NCBI GenBank assembly: GCA_051294905.1
Contig: CM119383.1
Location: forward strand, 7,998,001 to 8,062,000
Origin: Botryllus schlosseri
Lineage: Eukaryota
Length of the DNA: 64,000 bases
Direction: 5' to 3'
The position numbers and the translations under genes were made by a program. Shown piece by piece: positions 59,652-64,000 of the stretch; position 1 is the stretch's first letter, and every line of letters begins with the position of its first letter. A model generated the notes under the pieces. That model saw only the letters and a program-made list of their open reading frames with translations. It did not search any database and was not told the origin of the DNA.

Positions 59652-62033
59652 TCACTGATCGTCGGCTTTTTTCTTCACGGAAACGGCCAACGATCGAATT
59701 TTAGGCAACTCTCCGGCGATGGCTCCCGCAACGTCCCCCTTTTCCACCACGCTTTTGATAACCAGAGTTTGATAATTCGATAGCTGCTTGTAGACATCGT
59801 CGTTTACGAGTCCTCGTAAAAACAAAATCACTTGCGGCACACACTTGCCCGGCATGTGAAGCATTTTCCCGGTCAAATTTTGAAACATGACCGCCGCACA
59901 AAGATGCAGGGCTGTAGCGGGATCCGTCTCTCCCTCTAACTGTTTAATCAGCCCCATCTTATACCCGTGCAGAACTTGCCTATCTTTTTTCTTATCTGTC
60001 TTTTTCAGCATGACACTGCAAACGTCCGGAGCCACCGCGTCGGTGAAGGCCTCTTTGAAATCGTCAATGCTTTTCCCTGATAATGACTGCTGCAGCGTTT
60101 TCAGAGGGGAGTGATACACTTCTGGTAGCCTAGTCAAGATTTTAATTCGAATATCGTGTGTGACTTCTTTATTCTCTTCGATCCCTGTAAGATATTCAGA
60201 TCCCACCATGTTAAAAAGCACGTTGGTGATATCGGTGCAGAGCGATTTCAGCAAATGTTTCCGGAAGATTACAGCACTTTCGTCGCTAAAACTATCATAA
60301 GCCTCGTTAAACAGTTTTATATTAACCCAAGTACTGTTGATCTCTTCCTCGTAATATTTTCTAGACTTTTTGCTTTGAGGTTGGCCAGACGATGATTGCC
60401 CGCCTTCCGACTGTTTTTTTCTTTCCGAAACCGCAATTTGGAAGACCGAATTCGAAAGCTCTTTGTAAGCGGAATTCAACGGCCTGTGAAGCCTTTCTGA
60501 TATCTCTCTGAGTAAGATTGGAGGGCAGTCGTCACCTATTTCTCCAACCAGGACTTCATGCAGCTCTTCTATATTCATGAATTCCATTTCTTTCGTCGCT
60601 GACGCCTTATTCTTCTTGTTCTGCTCTTCCTCTTCGTAAGCAGCCTCTGCCTCCCTTTGTTTTTTCAAGCGCTTTTTGTCTTTTCCTCTTGTTTTCATCT
60701 CTCTCCCTCCAATACCGGACCCGGCAGCCCCTCGTTTCTTTTTAGGCTCATTTGAAACAGAAGTCTGGACCACGTCTTCCTTTGTTTCAGGTTCCGCTTT
60801 CTTTTTATTAGTCACCATATGTGTGGAATACAATTCCATTTCCTCCTCGGTGAGAGCGAACACGGTGGCGTCCTTTGCCGCGACCTGCGCCCGTTCTTTC
60901 ATTATGGGATCAAAGATTTCCCGACATTTTTGTTGAAATTCAACGCTGGCAAACACCGAACCGACAACGATACCTATCTCTTTTTTACGGCCTTGACGCT
61001 CTTTGAGAGCGTGATTCAGAATCATTTCCGAATCTACATCTGAGAAAGGCGAGGGTAGGATAGGTTGCATGTCTGTCCAACCGCCAGACGCTAAAGTTTC
61101 ATCAATCGTCGCTCCGACAAGGTTTACAATGGTGGGACCAACGGCGACACTTTTCAGCAAAATCGTGTCGTTGTAGCGTCCTCTGATGTACGATTTACCG
61201 CTATCAATACCAAGCCTTGACAGCATTTCAAATTCAACAAAACCGTTCTGTTGATAGAAATTGTCGACCGACTGATTTTGGGTTCGTACATACATTTGTG
61301 GTAAAAACGTAGATTTATCGGATCTTTTGCCGATGATATCACCTTTAATCCTGTTTTCGGCAATAAGTTCTTCCACAATATGAAAGAAAAGCTTATTCGA
61401 CATTCCACATTCTCCCAATATCGGTTGGAGAACAGTAGGCCTGGTGACAGCGCTAAGCATACCACGAACTGTAGCCTTGTGCTGCGCAATAAAGGCTTCC
61501 GTGAAAATCGCATCTTTATTAGTCTCATCAAGTCTGCCATCGATTAAACTCCCGATACGTGACACAAGCTCCGACACAAGAAAATCTCCCGGTAAATCGT
61601 TCGACTTACACAAGTCAGCGATTCTGACTTGACCAACACTTTGCAGAGTATCGTTTATCTCCTCTGCCAAATGATCCAAATAAGTTTTATCCACAAGCTG
61701 ACCTAACACTAAAAATACTGCATTACTCGATGATGCGATTTCATTCGCCTTCGTCTCGATGTGAGAGTAATCCACATTGAGAATATTCTGCAGCTCCACA
61801 AGACTGACGCGACCTCCGTGGATATAAAGCTCATCCTTGATTTCTCGAGCGAGCTGTCCAGGGGTAAGATACTCCTTTCCGTCCATAGTGTGTATGACTT
61901 CGAGAAGTTTCATTTTCTGCAATTTCAAAAGAATTTCGATGCAGTTTCTCTCGGAGAGCTTTTGCGTCGTCGTGGAATCCTGCGCTCGTTTCAAGTCGAG
62001 CATAAGTTGCTCGATGTCATTCCAATCCGACAT
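59652..62033 (-). CDS. UFL1: E3 UFM1-protein ligase 1, intronless, 793 aa
   Basis: LKRAQ...KLSERNCIEIL, DGKEYLTP...EIKDELYIHGGRVSLVEL and a basic GGREMKT region. Confidence 0.95.
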   Translation of the reverse strand: MSDWNDIEQLMLDLKRAQDSTTTQKLSERNCIEILLKLQKMKLLEVIHTMDGKEYLTPGQLAREIKDELYIHGGRVSLVELQNILNVDYSHIETKANEIASSSNAVFLVLGQLVDKTYLDHLAEEINDTLQSVGQVRIADLCKSNDLPGDFLVSELVSRIGSLIDGRLDETNKDAIFTEAFIAQHKATVRGMLSAVTRPTVLQPILGECGMSNKLFFHIVEELIAENRIKGDIIGKRSDKSTFLPQMYVRTQNQSVDNFYQQNGFVEFEMLSRLGIDSGKSYIRGRYNDTILLKSVAVGPTIVNLVGATIDETLASGGWTDMQPILPSPFSDVDSEMILNHALKERQGRKKEIGIVVGSVFASVEFQQKCREIFDPIMKERAQVAAKDATVFALTEEEMELYSTHMVTNKKKAEPETKEDVVQTSVSNEPKKKRGAAGSGIGGREMKTRGKDKKRLKKQREAEAAYEEEEQNKKNKASATKEMEFMNIEELHEVLVGEIGDDCPPILLREISERLHRPLNSAYKELSNSVFQIAVSERKKQSEGGQSSSGQPQSKKSRKYYEEEINSTWVNIKLFNEAYDSFSDESAVIFRKHLLKSLCTDITNVLFNMVGSEYLTGIEENKEVTHDIRIKILTRLPEVYHSPLKTLQQSLSGKSIDDFKEAFTDAVAPDVCSVMLKKTDKKKDRQVLHGYKMGLIKQLEGETDPATALHLCAAVMFQNLTGKMLHMPGKCVPQVILFLRGLVNDDVYKQLSNYQTLVIKSVVEKGDVAGAIAGELPKIRSLAVSVKKKADDQ

Positions 62034-62812
62034 GGTAAGTGCGTTTGACTACAACACTAGTACAGTAGATACAATATACATGCGATCTGGTAACAAAAGT
62101 AAAAAATAAGACGTAGGCTAAGAAATGAATCCATTCCATTGTAAGTGAAATCTCACAATTTACATGCATGAAAAAACAGACAGAGATCACTAACACGGAC
62201 ATTAATGCGAAGAAAAACTACAACAAGGAGATTTCAGAAGGAATGACATTACAATTTTTTTCAATCAACCTGCATCTGCGGACGTAAAAATTTCCTGGTA
62301 GAAATTTCTGTACTACAAGCAAGTTATTCATATATTGAATATGAGCAGAACAGAGAGCACTTGCATCTTGTCGGAATTCAAGTGAAATTATTCGTTTTGT
62401 GTTGAGACAACAAATATGGGGCTGATACGAAATTACGACAGGCCACCGACTGACTATTCACTACATCTTAAACATAACATAACTAACCTATATTGTCAGA
62501 AACCACAAAACTCAAAACAATATAACACCGTTTGCAGGACATGACAAAAAATTCTCATCCAGTTTGCAAACAAGGATTCACTGAATATGTGCAAGGACTA
62601 AATGAGACAACATATACAAGAAAAAGTGTCGTAAATAATGCACTAGCATCTTTCTAATGTATTTTGTTGATTCTTACATCGAATCTAAGGTATCTTTACA
62701 TCCCAAACCAAATTATCAATATGATTGACGGTGCCACAAATATCGAAAGACAGGTTGCTGTCATACAAAGTCTACAACTATTTTAATTGCTTAACAAGCA
62801 TCACCAAATAAG

Positions 62813-63382
62813 TAGGGCTGGGCAAAATCGAGTACCTGAGTGATTCGATTCTGAATCACGTATTACGCTTCAAGTCGAGTATTAGAGTATCACTCATTAT
62901 GAGGTCACAACAGAATATACTATGTCAAAGTTCAAATGTAACTTTTATGCCACCACAAAGGATTAAATGCTTGTTATCCGTCACCTTGAAGATACTTTGG
63001 TATTTTTTCAACCATACCGATTTCATTGCACTTCTTGATAAAGTGGGATGACCACGACTTCGGAAATGTGTTATTTCCAGTAACGTTCGTAGCTTTGTAC
63101 TATGTCTCGTATGCTGCGACGCGGCCAATCACGGTTTCAAGGCTTCCTCAGTGGACATTAGTATCAAAACTATAATTTTCGTTGGTAAATTAACTTTTAG
63201 TTGCGAGCGTATAATATCCGTGATTCTGAAGTTGATGCTATTTTGTTATTTTGCGATGATGAATAAAAAATTCTCGCTCCCTCTATCAGTACTCGGAAAA
63301 ATCGACTTTTACTACTCGACTCGAATCAATAAAATTAATACTCGATTCAGACTCGAGCCATAGTGCCCACTGCCCAGCCCTA
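62813..63382 (+). mobile_element. hAT MITE (family B), 570 bp
   Basis: TAGGGCTGGGCA / TGCCCAGCCCTA TIRs and a perfect TSD CAAATAAG. Confidence 0.92.
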
Positions 63383-63574
63383 CAAATAAGTAGGCCGCCT
63401 ATATGTCCAGAAGTAGTAGATTATGAGGCAAGCTTGTTAACTTAATAGAATGACGATTTATCAACAGCCTATATCTATTTAGCAGCGACAATATAGTGCG
63501 GAGCTGCGAAGTAACAGTATGATTGACTCGGGTCATCTCAGAGATCCTCAAAACAGTTCATTCACTACAATAAA

Positions 63575-64000
63575 AAATTAGACAAATTTGGTCTCAAATC
63601 GATTTTTTACAAAAAAATAGTCTTAAAGACCAATTAGTCTTACCAAGTACTTTATGTCTCAAAAGTAAGCCAGAAATTGATCAAAAATAGTAGGAGTGCC
63701 TTGGGGGTATCCTTTTCAATGTTAGGGTCTGAGCGAAGGGTAAGCATGAGAGAGACCAGAATTTGCAGTGTTAGGACGATAGTGCACTAAGGATTTACAA
63801 GATATTCACTACATATAGTTATCAAGGTGCATGCCACTTACTACTCATACGTACTATTCAGATCAATATATATATGGTTGTCTGAGTCGAAAATAGCATT
63901 TATGGTGAGTGGGTGGTAAAATGAGACCAAATCATCCTCATTTCTTAAATTTGAGACCAAATTTGTCTAATTTTGAGACCAAATTTGTCTAATTTGTCTA
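63575..64000. repeat. Inverted repeat pair whose right copy is tandemly reiterated (23-bp unit), truncated by window end
   Basis: aaattagacaaatttggtctcaaat (63575..63599) is the exact reverse complement of 63949..63973, which repeats to the end of the window. Confidence 0.75.

Overview
This is compact, AT-rich animal genomic DNA with no prokaryotic features. Short introns, intronless housekeeping genes and splice acceptors just upstream of start codons fit a tunicate/ascidian-like invertebrate, but that is inference. Nine protein-coding genes can be built from the sequence: (1) an intronless RIPK-like kinase fused to five Mind-bomb REP/SH3-type repeats (+); (2) REXO1 (-), head-to-head with (3) a 3-exon TMEM60 (+); (4) a 2-exon, ~2,523-aa dystroglycan-like gene with a giant mucin region (-); (5) an intronless uncharacterised ~9-TM protein (+); (6) a 5-exon HAX1-like gene (+); (7) a ~20-kb, many-exon INCENP gene (-); and (8-9) tandem intronless UFL1 and TYW1 (-), possibly an operon. 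Introns and intergenic DNA are dense with non-autonomous hAT-type elements, many with exact 8-bp target-site duplications and one triple nest. There are also tRNA-derived SINEs, minisatellites, a pair of inverted hairpin arrays, and decayed transposon coding relics (Ulp1-PHD, hAT dimerisation domain). The most unusual items are the kinase-MIB fusion and the remodelled dystroglycan paralogue. Reference sequences quoted for comparison are recalled from memory; no database searches were run.
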